Part shown: positions 1 through 10,000 of the stretch, in pieces
How the letters are laid out: each line of letters opens with the position of its first letter
How positions within the stretch are numbered: position 1 is the first letter of the stretch
Origin: an uncultured Bacteroidota bacterium
GTDB lineage: Bacteria; Bacteroidota; Bacteroidia; Bacteroidales; FEN-979
Length of the DNA stretch: 64,000 bases
NCBI GenBank assembly: GCA_937900965.1
Contig: CALCGJ010000031.1
Span: 17,341-81,340 of the forward strand
Direction: 5' to 3'
The notes under the pieces: model-generated
The model's input: the letters and a program-made list of their open reading frames with translations, nothing else
What the model was told of the DNA's origin: nothing
The model's database searches: none
Translations under genes and position numbers: made by a program

Positions 1-97
1 GGTCGCAATAGAGATAAAGCCCAAGCCAAACAAGGCAGAGAAGATTGCAAATCTCTTGTACATTTTGTACCTTTACCTTGGTTTTATTTCAAAAATA

Positions 98-1633
98 ATG
101 CAATCAACCCGGTTTACTCTCATTTTGTTAATAAGCTTTATGTTTGGTTCACAACTTGGATGCTCATCCCAGAATCCGGATGGGACATCACAAAAACATG
201 ACCGGAAACCTGCAGCGGCTGGCAGGTTTTATTCCGACGACCCCAAAGAACTCCGGTCCATGATTGCAAGTTTCTTGTCCGAAGCGATTCCACGGGAAGA
301 GAATCAGTTAGCGGCCATTATCTCCCCGCATGCCGGTTATGTATTTTCAGGGCAGGTTGCTGCCAATGCATTCAACCAGGTTGACCCGAATCGCTCATTC
401 GACAACGTATTCGTCATTGCCTCGAGCCACCAGGTAGCATTTCCAGGTGCATCTATCTATAACCAGGGTGACTATGTGACACCTCTCGGGACGGTGCCGG
501 TAAATATCCAGCTCGCTAACAAGCTGATGGAGGAGAACCCGCTTTTCATGTTTCATCCGGAAGCCGATAAATATGAACACAGCCTGGAGGTGCAGGTTCC
601 TTTTTTACAGGTGCTTTTGAAGAAGCCCTTTCAGCTCGTACCGATTGTACTTGGAACCCAGTCGGCCGAAACATGCGGGAAGATCGCTGAAGCCCTGAAG
701 CCATGGTTTAACGACCGCAACCTTTTTGTTATCAGCAGTGATTTCGCCCACTATCCCGAATACAAAGATGCCAAAAGTGCCGACCAGGCCACCTGTGATG
801 CCATCGTTGGAAATGACCCTGAAGGTTTCTCCAGGTTTCTTGATAGCTATAAGAAGAATAAGATCCCAAACCTGGCGACCAACTGCTGCGGCTGGACCTC
901 CGTGCTTACTCTCCTTAACCTTACATCAGATGATCCGGATTATACCTATACTCCGCTCTTCTATCAGAATTCGGGAGATTCGGGATATGGAGATAAAAAA
1001 CAGGTTGTAGGATACTGGGCTATCACAGTAACAAGAAACGGTGACAGCAAAGAGGAGAATGCAGATTTTTATCTCTCTGAAAAGGATAAAAAACGATTGC
1101 TGGAAATTGCCCGGAGCACGGTTCAGGGCTATATCCTTAACAAGAAGGTCCCCGGGATAGATGCTGCCAGCCTGTCGGAAAACCTGACGATACAGGCCGG
1201 AGCATTTGTGACTCTCAAAAAGGACGGTGCCCTGCGTGGCTGCATCGGCCGGTTCACGGCAACTATTCCATTGTATCAGGTAATTCAAAATATGGCGGTT
1301 GCCAGCGCTACCCAGGATTACCGCTTCTCCCCGGTTCAGTCCAATGAGGTCGACCGGCTTGAAATTGAGATATCTGTACTCTCACCCATGAAACAAATTT
1401 TTGATATCAGGGAGCTCGAGTTAGGACGGGATGGGATCTATATCAAGAAAGGAAACGCCGCCGGAACTTTCCTGCCACAGGTTGCTCCCGAAACAGGGTG
1501 GACAAAAGAGGAATTTCTGGGGCATTGTGCCCGAGATAAGGCAGGCATTGGCTGGGATGGGTGGAAAGATGCTGAACTCTATACATACCAGGCCATTGTG
1601 TTCTCAGAATCAGAGTTTAGCGGCCACAAATAG
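98..1633 (+). CDS. Fusion of AmmeMemoRadiSam system protein B (MEMO1-like) and protein A (AMMECR1 domain), with N-terminal signal peptide
   Basis: The ORF at 56..1633 starts at a TTG. The first ATG, at 98, gives MQSTRFTLILLISFMFGSQLGC|SSQ (a signal peptide with a Cys). The N-terminal half has the MEMO motif ISPHAGYVFSG. The C-terminal half has the AMMECR1 motif GAFVTLKKDGALRGCIGRF. Confidence 0.8.
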   Translation: MQSTRFTLILLISFMFGSQLGCSSQNPDGTSQKHDRKPAAAGRFYSDDPKELRSMIASFLSEAIPREENQLAAIISPHAGYVFSGQVAANAFNQVDPNRSFDNVFVIASSHQVAFPGASIYNQGDYVTPLGTVPVNIQLANKLMEENPLFMFHPEADKYEHSLEVQVPFLQVLLKKPFQLVPIVLGTQSAETCGKIAEALKPWFNDRNLFVISSDFAHYPEYKDAKSADQATCDAIVGNDPEGFSRFLDSYKKNKIPNLATNCCGWTSVLTLLNLTSDDPDYTYTPLFYQNSGDSGYGDKKQVVGYWAITVTRNGDSKEENADFYLSEKDKKRLLEIARSTVQGYILNKKVPGIDAASLSENLTIQAGAFVTLKKDGALRGCIGRFTATIPLYQVIQNMAVASATQDYRFSPVQSNEVDRLEIEISVLSPMKQIFDIRELELGRDGIYIKKGNAAGTFLPQVAPETGWTKEEFLGHCARDKAGIGWDGWKDAELYTYQAIVFSESEFSGHK

Positions 1634-4514
1634 ATAGATACGGGCAGTAGGTGCATCTCTCTTCTTCCGAAGTTTGGCTGAAAGGCTGATCAGGATCGAA
1701 AATATCAGCAAGTATCCGGCTGAGAATCTCTTCCATTTTTGCGATTTCATACTTCCCGATAGTGGTGGATTTTGGGATCCCATTCTCATCGGGCATGGTA
1801 ACTACAATAAACCCGGTTGACTGGTTCTTCAGAGAGATGATGCCAGCCTGATAATTGGTAACGGAATTTCCCCTGGCCAGCAGCCAGGTATAGGTAAGTA
1901 GCTGGAATCCCTTGTCAAGCACCGGGTCTGAGATCAGATCGTCCCAGTTGTTAACAGCAACATCCTTTTTAACCACGCTCCCGGTTTTGTAATCAATCAC
2001 ACGAGTGACCCCTCCTATCCGGTCAACCCGGTCAACAAACCCCTTGACTCTGACCTCCATATCCGCTCCATTCAGGGAAATAACCATTGATTTTGAAAGT
2101 GGTTTTTCAAGAAGTTCTACGGTAAGGGTCTCCCCTTTTTTTGCCAATTGATCCACAAGTCTTATCTCTCCCCGGATGAATTTCCGTACCATGATCCTGG
2201 CCACTTCAACCAATAACAAATTCTTCCCCGTTTTCACCCCATCCCCCTTGAAAACTTCCCGGAATGCGTTGTCGATCTCCTCATCTATTCCCGGCTCCAA
2301 AGATATGAGATCCTCACAGCTCAGGACTCGTTTGATAAATGGTTTATACAGATTCATCAGGGCATGATGGACTGCTGAACCAAGTGTCCTCGGATCAATC
2401 TCCCCCTCCTCTTCCTCAGGCTCCTTCAAGCCGGCTACTTCAGAAAAATAGAACCTCAGTGAACATGAACGATACGCATTCAGAGAGGTAGGTGCAAACC
2501 CCGATGAGGCTTTATGCCTTAGTTTTTCGATCACTGCACTCTCTTTTTGGATCTCAACGGGAGGGTATCCCTTTGCCCTCTGCAAAGGTGTAACCAGGAC
2601 CTCATTACGTATGTTGATCGATCTGTTATATCCAGGCAGCTCTGTCTCTATCTGCCTGATAAAGCGGCTCGGGTCACCTCCACCCATTTGTCCGGGCTCG
2701 GTATTGTATAACAAATAGATGTGAGTGGATCGCTGCAGCAACCGGTAAAAGTGATAAGCATAAACAGCATCCTTCTGACTGTACAATGGAAGATGAAAAT
2801 CCCTTCTGACATCAAATGGGATGAAAGATTGCAGGTTCTTGCCGGAAGGGAGTATCCCTTCGTTGCAGGAGAGAATAATCACCCTGTCGAAATCAAGTGT
2901 ACGAGTTTCCAGCATCCCCATGATCTGCAGTCCTTTCAGGGGTTCTCCGTAGAATGGCAGCATCGTGGTATCCAGCAATTGTTTCAGAAATTTTGACAGG
3001 CTTTCCCAGGTGAGAAACCCCCTGGATTCATCAATCAGCAACCGAAGCTGACGAAGGATCCGTGCACCGGCATAGGCATATTCTAGCTCTATCTTAGGGG
3101 CTGGCTTACCTTCCGGTTCCTGAAGCGTGGGTTCAGAAGAACCGATGGAAGCCACGAGTGCCTCTACCAGGGTCTGAAGTCCGGTCAAGGCTCCATCATG
3201 AGAATTCCAGGTACCGAACATCAGGTCCAGGAAATTAAGACTGGCGCCAAAGAGGCCTGTATGTTCTGTTTCAAGATCTTTGCGCCGGAGGAATGTCTTT
3301 AGCCCCCTTTTGATCCTCTCTACAAGCTCGCGGAAAGCAAACTGGTTCCCGTCAGCATTAGCCAGGGCGAGGCGCATTGCATAGGGATGTTGCAATACTT
3401 TTAGTACATCCCGGAAGTAGAATCTCCCTGATTCTTTACGCCCGGAGGTCATCCTAATGGCATTGTGATGCATCTCATAAACCAGAACCAGTAGGTCTGC
3501 GAGTGGCGTCTGGCTGAGGGGTAGACCCATGGTAATGTTCACGGCATCCAGACCATCCGGCAATGAGTTTAACAAGGGTAACAGCAGTTTCTCGTCCGGA
3601 AGGATGACAGCGGTCCGTTCATTAAGCAATTTCTGTTGATGCCACTCTTCCAGCAAGTTACCGGTTAACTTTACCTGTCCGATTATATCCGGCACACCAA
3701 TCACTTCAATCTCCTTTGTCCCGGATTTAAAATCTTCAGACTTCCACCGTCCCGACCATTCAGGCCATCTCCTGAACCATTCTCTCAGGTAATCGCCGGC
3801 TTCCTGTTTCGGATCATCCATATAATAGCTATCGGTATCCCAGAGCAGTTCACCGTCACCACGTTTCACAAGGAGATCAATGATTCTCTCTTCGGCAGTA
3901 GTAAGAGCATTGAAGCCTGCAAAAATGATCTTTGTCCAGGGAATCTCAGCTTCTCCGCTCTCCATTTTCTGCCAGGCATGCCGGAAGATCAGTCCCTGAT
4001 AGGCCTCCCCCCGGGATAGAAGTGCTTCTGTTAGTCCTGTATAATATGACAGCAGGGAGTTGTAGAACTTCAGGTAATTCTGCTGAAACTCTGTCAGTGG
4101 TGTATTATCAGGATTCCATACTGTCAATGCGCGAACCTCGTCCAGATATGTGAAAAGATTTGCTGGATCAACCAGGTAGCGATCTATCTCATTGAAATCG
4201 GAAAGCAGTTGACCTCCCCAGTTCAGGAACTCATCAAATGGCTGGGCTTTCTCCCCTTCGGTGCTCTGATGCACTTTATACAACTCAAAAAGGCAATGAA
4301 CCTGTTCCACCTCCTTCAGTCCTGAGACGGAACCAATAAACTCTTCAATTGAAAATAGAGCAGGAGCCCACGAGGTTCCAGGCAGCATTCCCGAGAGATA
4401 TTTTCGCAAAAAAAGTCCGGCCCTCCGGTTGGGAAGGATGATGGCAATCTCCGACAGCTTATCACCATAAGTTTCATGAATGTACTGTGCAGTCTGATAA
4501 AGAAACGGAGGCAT
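1617..4514 (-). CDS. AddB-like PD-(D/E)XK nuclease subunit of a helicase-nuclease complex (degenerate N-terminal ATPase, iron-staple nuclease)
   Basis: 965-aa ORF with an ATG at 4514. The C-terminal nuclease motif is GFVDRVDRI...VIDYKTGS. The Cys pattern YRSC...CTYCPYLSIC is the C-Xn-C-X2-C-X5-C pattern of AddB/Cas4-type Fe-S nucleases. Confidence 0.8.
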   Translation of the reverse strand: MPPFLYQTAQYIHETYGDKLSEIAIILPNRRAGLFLRKYLSGMLPGTSWAPALFSIEEFIGSVSGLKEVEQVHCLFELYKVHQSTEGEKAQPFDEFLNWGGQLLSDFNEIDRYLVDPANLFTYLDEVRALTVWNPDNTPLTEFQQNYLKFYNSLLSYYTGLTEALLSRGEAYQGLIFRHAWQKMESGEAEIPWTKIIFAGFNALTTAEERIIDLLVKRGDGELLWDTDSYYMDDPKQEAGDYLREWFRRWPEWSGRWKSEDFKSGTKEIEVIGVPDIIGQVKLTGNLLEEWHQQKLLNERTAVILPDEKLLLPLLNSLPDGLDAVNITMGLPLSQTPLADLLVLVYEMHHNAIRMTSGRKESGRFYFRDVLKVLQHPYAMRLALANADGNQFAFRELVERIKRGLKTFLRRKDLETEHTGLFGASLNFLDLMFGTWNSHDGALTGLQTLVEALVASIGSSEPTLQEPEGKPAPKIELEYAYAGARILRQLRLLIDESRGFLTWESLSKFLKQLLDTTMLPFYGEPLKGLQIMGMLETRTLDFDRVIILSCNEGILPSGKNLQSFIPFDVRRDFHLPLYSQKDAVYAYHFYRLLQRSTHIYLLYNTEPGQMGGGDPSRFIRQIETELPGYNRSINIRNEVLVTPLQRAKGYPPVEIQKESAVIEKLRHKASSGFAPTSLNAYRSCSLRFYFSEVAGLKEPEEEEGEIDPRTLGSAVHHALMNLYKPFIKRVLSCEDLISLEPGIDEEIDNAFREVFKGDGVKTGKNLLLVEVARIMVRKFIRGEIRLVDQLAKKGETLTVELLEKPLSKSMVISLNGADMEVRVKGFVDRVDRIGGVTRVIDYKTGSVVKKDVAVNNWDDLISDPVLDKGFQLLTYTWLLARGNSVTNYQAGIISLKNQSTGFIVVTMPDENGIPKSTTIGKYEIAKMEEILSRILADIFDPDQPFSQTSEEERCTYCPYLSICGR

Positions 4515-4622
4515 GGGTTAGTATTTACGATTAATTATTCACAGAAATATTAATTCACATTGGTGTTCATGAATGCTGCGCATTTCGCATGTAGATTGAC
4601 GATTGCATGTATGATTTACGAT

Positions 4623-5381
4623 TTAGATTTGGGTCTTGGGTTTTGGGACTTGGGTCTTGGGACTTGGGACTTGGGACTTGGGACTTGGGACTTGGGGCTT
4701 CAACTTTCCGATGTCTTCCCAAACCGGGCTCGTATCGACAAATCCTTTGATTAGATGATCGGAAGCAAGCCGAATATAAAGATCAGTCAGCGAAAATTTA
4801 CCACTCTCCGTCATCCATGAGAAGATATCCGGATGCAGGATCTGTATCCCGCTGAAAGCAAGGCTCCTGATATCATCACCCTCCCTGCTGATCCGCTGTT
4901 CTCCTGTTTTCCGGTTCTCCCATCCGTACAGTGTATTCTTCTTATCAAAGAGGAAATACCGTGAAGTTTCTCGTTCCCTTACCGCCAGGGTGGCAAGTGG
5001 AGATTCATACCGGTGAAAACGCATCATCTTGTTGAGGTCAAGGTCGGAGAGGATATCCACATTCCGAACCACAAATGGTTCGACATCACGAAAGAACCAG
5101 GATGCTTTTTTCACGCCACCACCAGTCTCCAGCAGCTCATCCGACTCATCAGAGATTGTAATCGTCATTCCGAGATTATCATTTAGCCTGAGGAACTCCA
5201 GTATTTTCTCAGGAAAATGGTGCACATTGATAATCACATCGCGTATCCCATAACGCTTAACGTGTTCCAGTGCATGTTGCAGCAATGGTTTCCCATCAAC
5301 TACTACAAGTGCTTTAGGAATGGAATTGGTGATTGGCCGTAACCGTGTCCCCAATCCCGCTGCAAGTATCATCGCTTTCAT
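4623..5381 (-). CDS. Sugar-1-phosphate nucleotidyltransferase, MurU-like (MurNAc-1-P uridylyltransferase family); C-terminal ~24 aa are repeat-encoded
   Basis: The N-terminus MKAMILAAGLGTRLRPIT is the GxGTRL nucleotidyltransferase signature. The gene lies directly downstream of an APH-type (AmgK-like) kinase. The tail KPQVPSPKSQVPSPKTQVPKPKTQI is the translation of the heptamer array at 4629..4698. Confidence 0.75.
   Translation of the reverse strand: MKAMILAAGLGTRLRPITNSIPKALVVVDGKPLLQHALEHVKRYGIRDVIINVHHFPEKILEFLRLNDNLGMTITISDESDELLETGGGVKKASWFFRDVEPFVVRNVDILSDLDLNKMMRFHRYESPLATLAVRERETSRYFLFDKKNTLYGWENRKTGEQRISREGDDIRSLAFSGIQILHPDIFSWMTESGKFSLTDLYIRLASDHLIKGFVDTSPVWEDIGKLKPQVPSPKSQVPSPKTQVPKPKTQI
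4629..4698. repeat. Heptanucleotide tandem array (TTGGGAC/TTGGGTC) x10
   Basis: Read directly: ttgggtc ttgggtt ttgggac ttgggtc ttgggac x5 ttggggc. A degenerate period-7 continuation (gattgac gattgca ... tttacga tttagat) runs back to about 4594. Confidence 0.95.
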
Positions 5382-5396
5382 ATTCTACGAATTTAA

Positions 5397-5449
5397 CCCC
5401 TAAATCCCGTTTGCTTCAGTACGCCTGAGGCGTACTTCGCAAGGGGACT
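5397..5449 (-). repeat. Split copy of the dispersed 25-nt element (R1) carrying an inserted 19-nt hairpin
   Basis: The halves cccctaaatccc and aaggggact are separated by the hairpin agtacgcc-tg-aggcgtact (5418..5436). The copy lies in the spacer between the kinase-fusion stop and the murU-like start. Confidence 0.8.
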
Positions 5450-5475
5450 ACAAATTCCTTATCCCTTCGACCCTA

Positions 5476-5495
5476 GGACGAGGCATGCCTCGTCC
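5476..5495. repeat. Perfect 20-nt palindrome GGACGAGGCATGCCTCGTCC (hairpin family R2)
   Basis: The sequence is self-complementary. It abuts the stop codon at 5496..5498 and is followed by CTACAAT. Near-identical copies are at 10371 and 60579. Confidence 0.9.
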
Positions 5496-7037
5496 CTACA
5501 ATCGGGCAAGGTTTGTATGATTTGTGTTAACAATAATCTTATACCGTTTTATCAGGAACTCCTTCATCCTCTCTGCACAATAAACCGACCGGTGTTGTCC
5601 CCCTGTACACCCGAAGTTGACGAACAGATGTTGAAATCCACGCTCCAGATAATTTATTACGCTCTGATCAACAAGAGCTGTGGCGTTGTGAAGGAACAGG
5701 TCAACCTCAGCTTCATTCTTCAGGAAGTCTATTACGGGTTTATCCTTCCCTGTAAGTTGTTTGTACTCGTCATATCTTCCCGGATTAGGAAGGGCACGGC
5801 AGTCAAACACAAAACCCCCTCCGTTTTCTGTCGGATCTGCAGGGATGCCGTTTTTGTAGGAGAAACTCGTAATGGTTAAGGTAAGGGAACTGATGCCGGA
5901 TGCCGGATGCCGGATGCCGGGTTTTCCCCTCCCTTCATGGGGAGGGGTCAGAGGTGGGGTACCACCGGTTTCCAGTATCCGGGATCCAGGATCTGGAACC
6001 GAAGCGAAGCGGAGTTCGGCGGAGCCAATCAGCTGGTCCAGCAAGCGGAATAGCGTTGGAAGTTCCACACCGAACTCCTTTTTCTCCCACAGAGTTCGCA
6101 GATTCTTCAGGTTATTCAAGGCATATGGTATACTCTGGAGGAAATGACTCTTTTGTTCATAAAACCCACGATAACCGTAGGCTCCTAGCGCCTGGAGAAT
6201 ACGAATCAGGATAAAGCCAGGGAAATAGGTCATAAATTCCATTCTTTTCCCCGGGATATACACTTCCAGTTCATCCAGATAGAATCCAAGAAGATGATCC
6301 CTGACATGCTGAGGCAGGTCGGCTTTGGCATCATACAGCATAGATGCTATGTCATATTGCAGCGGTCCTTTTCTACCTCCCTGATAATCAATATAGTATG
6401 GGTCGTTATTAACCAGCATGATGTTCCTCGACTGAAAATCCCGGTACATAAAATAATCAGCATCAGCCTGAAGCAAGAAGGTCGAAAATGTAGAGAAGTC
6501 CTCCTCCAGGGCCTGTTCATCAAACGGAACATGAGCAAGTTTCAGGAAGTAATATTTGAAGTAGTTCAGATCCCACAGCATCGATTGACTGTCGAATGCA
6601 TGTCGCGGATAACATTTGGCGAAGTCGATCCTTTCCCCACCCCTGATCTGGAATATAGGGAGCCTCTTAAGTACTTGCTCATAAAGATTCAGTATGGCAG
6701 AAGGAAATCCGGATTCCACTTTCTTCTTTGCGACCAGTTCGGAGAATAGTGTCTGATCACCCAGATCCGATAATAAGTAGCAATTTTTCTGCAGATCCTC
6801 TGCTAAGATTTCAGGGACAGGCAGTATAAGGGATTCAAATGTACGGGTGAATGACAGAAAGGCTTCATTCTCTTTCCGGTCGTTGTTGTATACGCCAATT
6901 ACCGTTCCACGCGTTCCGCTAAGTCTGAAATAGAGTCTGTTAGACCCGGAATCCGGAAGCCTGACAATGCCGTCAGCCCTTTCGCCAAACGTTCTTTGAT
7001 ACAGCGCTTTAACCGGTTCTTCGTTGTTCATTTTCAT
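5496..7037 (-). CDS. Two-domain protein: AmgK-like aminoglycoside-phosphotransferase-fold sugar kinase fused to a RapZ C-terminal-like domain
   Basis: The N-terminal ~340 aa look like an APH-type kinase (…YLLSDLGD…, DFQSRNIML, IDYQG). The C-terminal ~130 aa match the RapZ C-terminal domain (LTITSFSYKNGIP, FDCRALPNPGRY, LTGKDKPV, GCTGGQHRSV). The linker is encoded by repeats at 5880..6010. Confidence 0.75.
   Translation of the reverse strand: MKMNNEEPVKALYQRTFGERADGIVRLPDSGSNRLYFRLSGTRGTVIGVYNNDRKENEAFLSFTRTFESLILPVPEILAEDLQKNCYLLSDLGDQTLFSELVAKKKVESGFPSAILNLYEQVLKRLPIFQIRGGERIDFAKCYPRHAFDSQSMLWDLNYFKYYFLKLAHVPFDEQALEEDFSTFSTFLLQADADYFMYRDFQSRNIMLVNNDPYYIDYQGGRKGPLQYDIASMLYDAKADLPQHVRDHLLGFYLDELEVYIPGKRMEFMTYFPGFILIRILQALGAYGYRGFYEQKSHFLQSIPYALNNLKNLRTLWEKKEFGVELPTLFRLLDQLIGSAELRFASVPDPGSRILETGGTPPLTPPHEGRGKPGIRHPASGISSLTLTITSFSYKNGIPADPTENGGGFVFDCRALPNPGRYDEYKQLTGKDKPVIDFLKNEAEVDLFLHNATALVDQSVINYLERGFQHLFVNFGCTGGQHRSVYCAERMKEFLIKRYKIIVNTNHTNLARL
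5892..5919. repeat. Heptanucleotide tandem array (GATGCCG) x4 followed by the hairpin CCCCTCCC-ttcat-GGGAGGGG (5926..5947)
   Basis: Read directly. It lies inside the inter-domain linker of ORF 5496..7037. A further period-7 stretch, atccggg atccagg atctgga, is at about 5976..5996. Confidence 0.9.
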
Positions 7038-7071
7038 GTTTTTTTCATGAGGTTATGAGTCCATTTTATTG

Positions 7072-7096
7072 CCCCTAAATCCCCTGAAGGGGACTT
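7072..7096 (-). repeat. Dispersed 25-nt element R1 (plus strand reads CCCCTAAATCCCCTGAAGGGGACTT)
   Basis: This is the exact reverse complement of the copy at 39170..39194. It overlaps the AddA-like stop codon (7095..7097). A second hairpin, CCCCC-ttta-GGGGG (7100..7113), follows it and is itself translated as …GPLKGE. Confidence 0.9.
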
Positions 7097-10000
7097 ACTC
7101 CCCCTTTAGGGGGCCGGGGTGTGAATAATCCACTACCTCTTCAACGTCAACCTTTCCCCCAACATACACCAATAATTTCCTCACCCGCTGATAGCCCATC
7201 TCCTGAAGAAGCTGGCCGTATCTTTCAATCTGTCTTCGGTGTGATTGCGATCTCTTTCCGGTTTTATAGTCGATTACTGTCACCTCTATTCCATCAAAGA
7301 CTACCCTGTCAGGACGGGATGACTCTCCCTCAGCCTGCAGGATTTCCGGTTCAGTCTTAACCACGACTTCAGCATGAAAATACCTTGCTAGAAGTGGATG
7401 GGATACAACCGTGTCTAACATCTCACGAATAGATGGCTCCTCTTCACGGGATATCATTCCTGAAAGAAGAGCCCTCTTCAAAGCCTCTTCCCGATCCGGG
7501 GCTACCCTGATATCTGCCAGGATTGCGTGAATCCTGCTCCCAAAATCAACTTTTCCTGCAGGATCCTCCATATCCCAGAATTCAGGAGCCCTCTGGCGAA
7601 TTTTTATAGCTTTACGCCAGTCTGACGATGGCATGGATGAGAGTACCCGAATCCCCCCCCGCTTCTTCCGGGATGTTTTTTGCATGGGAGTGAATATTCC
7701 AAACTCATACGTTGATTTAGCCTCTTCCCAAACACCGATTGATTGCAGGTATGCCGAAAAGAAAGCTGGAAGCGATTTCAGCTCCTCCATGTTGGTTGGG
7801 GGCGAAGCAGTTATAATATATAATTGTTCCTGCGGACGGGTCAGAGCGACATAAAGCAAGTTCACCAAATCTAGCATTGATTTGATTTGTTCCTCCCTGA
7901 ACCGGTCAGCATAAACAGTATCCAGCATCTGCTTTTCGACTGGCAAAAAGGCGGATTTAAGTCCTGTCTTGTCTCCAGGGGGCAACTCAACCCACAGATA
8001 ATTCTTATTTGCCTTGAATAGGTTCTCATCTGCAAACGGAAAAATAACAACCGGAAATTCAAGTCCTTTCGCTTTGTGAATTGTCATAATTCTGACAGCA
8101 TCAACTCCTTCGGGTACGACGATAGAGAGTTTCATTTTATGCTGATCCCACCATTCCAGGAAATCGGCAGCGCTATGGGTCTCTTTCTCCACAAATGTTA
8201 TTACGGCATCAAGAAAGAACTGGACATAGGGATCCGCCTCCTGATCCAGACTAAACGTCCGGATCAGCTTTTCACAGAGATCATAAACCGGAAGACTGAG
8301 TAAGGTGTCTTTTTCAAGGTCTAGCCCATTGTTTCTCAGAATCAACATAAGGTTATCTTCCGGGTGAACAGACCGGCCAATTTCAGTTGCCAACATATGA
8401 AAATCCGCTTTCTTCTGTTTGAGTCTTCCGGCATTCATGAGGTAGTTCACAATCGAGGCCTGGATGATGGTATTGGCCGGATCAAACAGGAACCGGATCA
8501 ATTCGGTGATAAACCTTACTTCCGGTGAGTACGACAACAAGAGGGATTCTGATGAGACCACGTCTATCCCACGAAGGATCAGCTCCCTTGCAATTCGTCC
8601 GGCCTGCCTGTTGGTCCTGCATAAAATGGCAATATCCTGGAGTGCATATCCTCCTGTCAGAAGCTTGTTGATTATCTCTTCTGTGCGGTTTATTGTACAT
8701 TCAGCATACGTCAGATCCGGATCCTCCCCGGTGATGACATCCAGACGAATATACCCCCCCTCAGTGAGGGCGGAAGTTTTTTGCTCCAGATCTTTGTAAA
8801 CATCCTGTAAGCCGGGATCCAGGTGCTGAGAAAGCCAACGGAAGAATCGGTTGTTAAAGGTCACGATTTCCGGTGATGACCGGTAGTTAGAGTCAAGATG
8901 ATGTTCGGTAAAATACTGTAAGAAGAGAGTCTCCCGCTGTCGGATCAGTTCATTTTCATCACGGCCGGGAAGGGCCGGCAATGATGTAAACTGCGATACG
9001 TCTCCATTCCTCCATCGGTAAATAGCCTGTTTCCCATCACCAACAACGAGGTTGAAATATCCGCCAGCAAGAGCATTCTCCATAAGCGGGACAAAATTTA
9101 GCCACTGGAGGCGGGATGTATCCTGGAACTCGTCAATCATGAGGTGGTGATACTTCTCACCCAACCGTTCATAAATAAATGGGACAGGTTCGTGCATGAC
9201 GATCCGGGCAATACGGCTGTTGAATTCGGAAATGTGAACCAGGTTATGCTGACGTTTAAATCCCTCAAGTACCCGTCCGATCTCATTCAGGACAGCAAGG
9301 GGATAAATAGTTTTGGTCAATAACTTAGCCAGATGATAGCTTTGTGATTGTGTATTTCGCAACGCTTCAGATTGTTGACAGATCCCGTGCAATTCCGACT
9401 TGATCTCATGTATTGCTGCAATATCAGTTGATGAGGCTTTTGGTCCTGTCCATTTATCCTTTTCCAGTGTGGTAATCACCCGGCTGCCAGGCTCCAGCTT
9501 ATCCATTCTCCCTGTGGCCAGGTATACAAAATACCCAGGGATCCCGGTTTTTCCATAATAGAATGAGCCGTGAGGAATCCCGTTGAGGTCAATCAGCTTC
9601 AGTGCTTTCTCTCCCAGCTCTTTAAACTGTTGTTCAATCCATCGGATCCGGGCATGCAGCTGCTTGCTGATGCTGTTAAAATCATCGAGAGTGAGTGAGG
9701 AAAGTTTTCTCACATGGGTTTCACCCTCTTCATCCATGAGCAGTTTGGCGAAAGAGACCAGTAACCTGTCTATATTCCATCCTTTGTCCTCCTCCATCCT
9801 GGATTCCAGAAAACTGACAAGAAGCCTGGTGAGTTCCTCGTCGGAACCAGCACGCTCCAGCAAGAGGTCCACAGCAGTTGTTAAAAGCTCCTCCGCCTCC
9901 AGCTCCACAGCAAATGAGACCGGCAATCCGAAATCGTGAGCAAAAGCACGGATAATACGATGGGAAAAGCTATCGATGGTTCCTATAGAGAATTCAGAAT

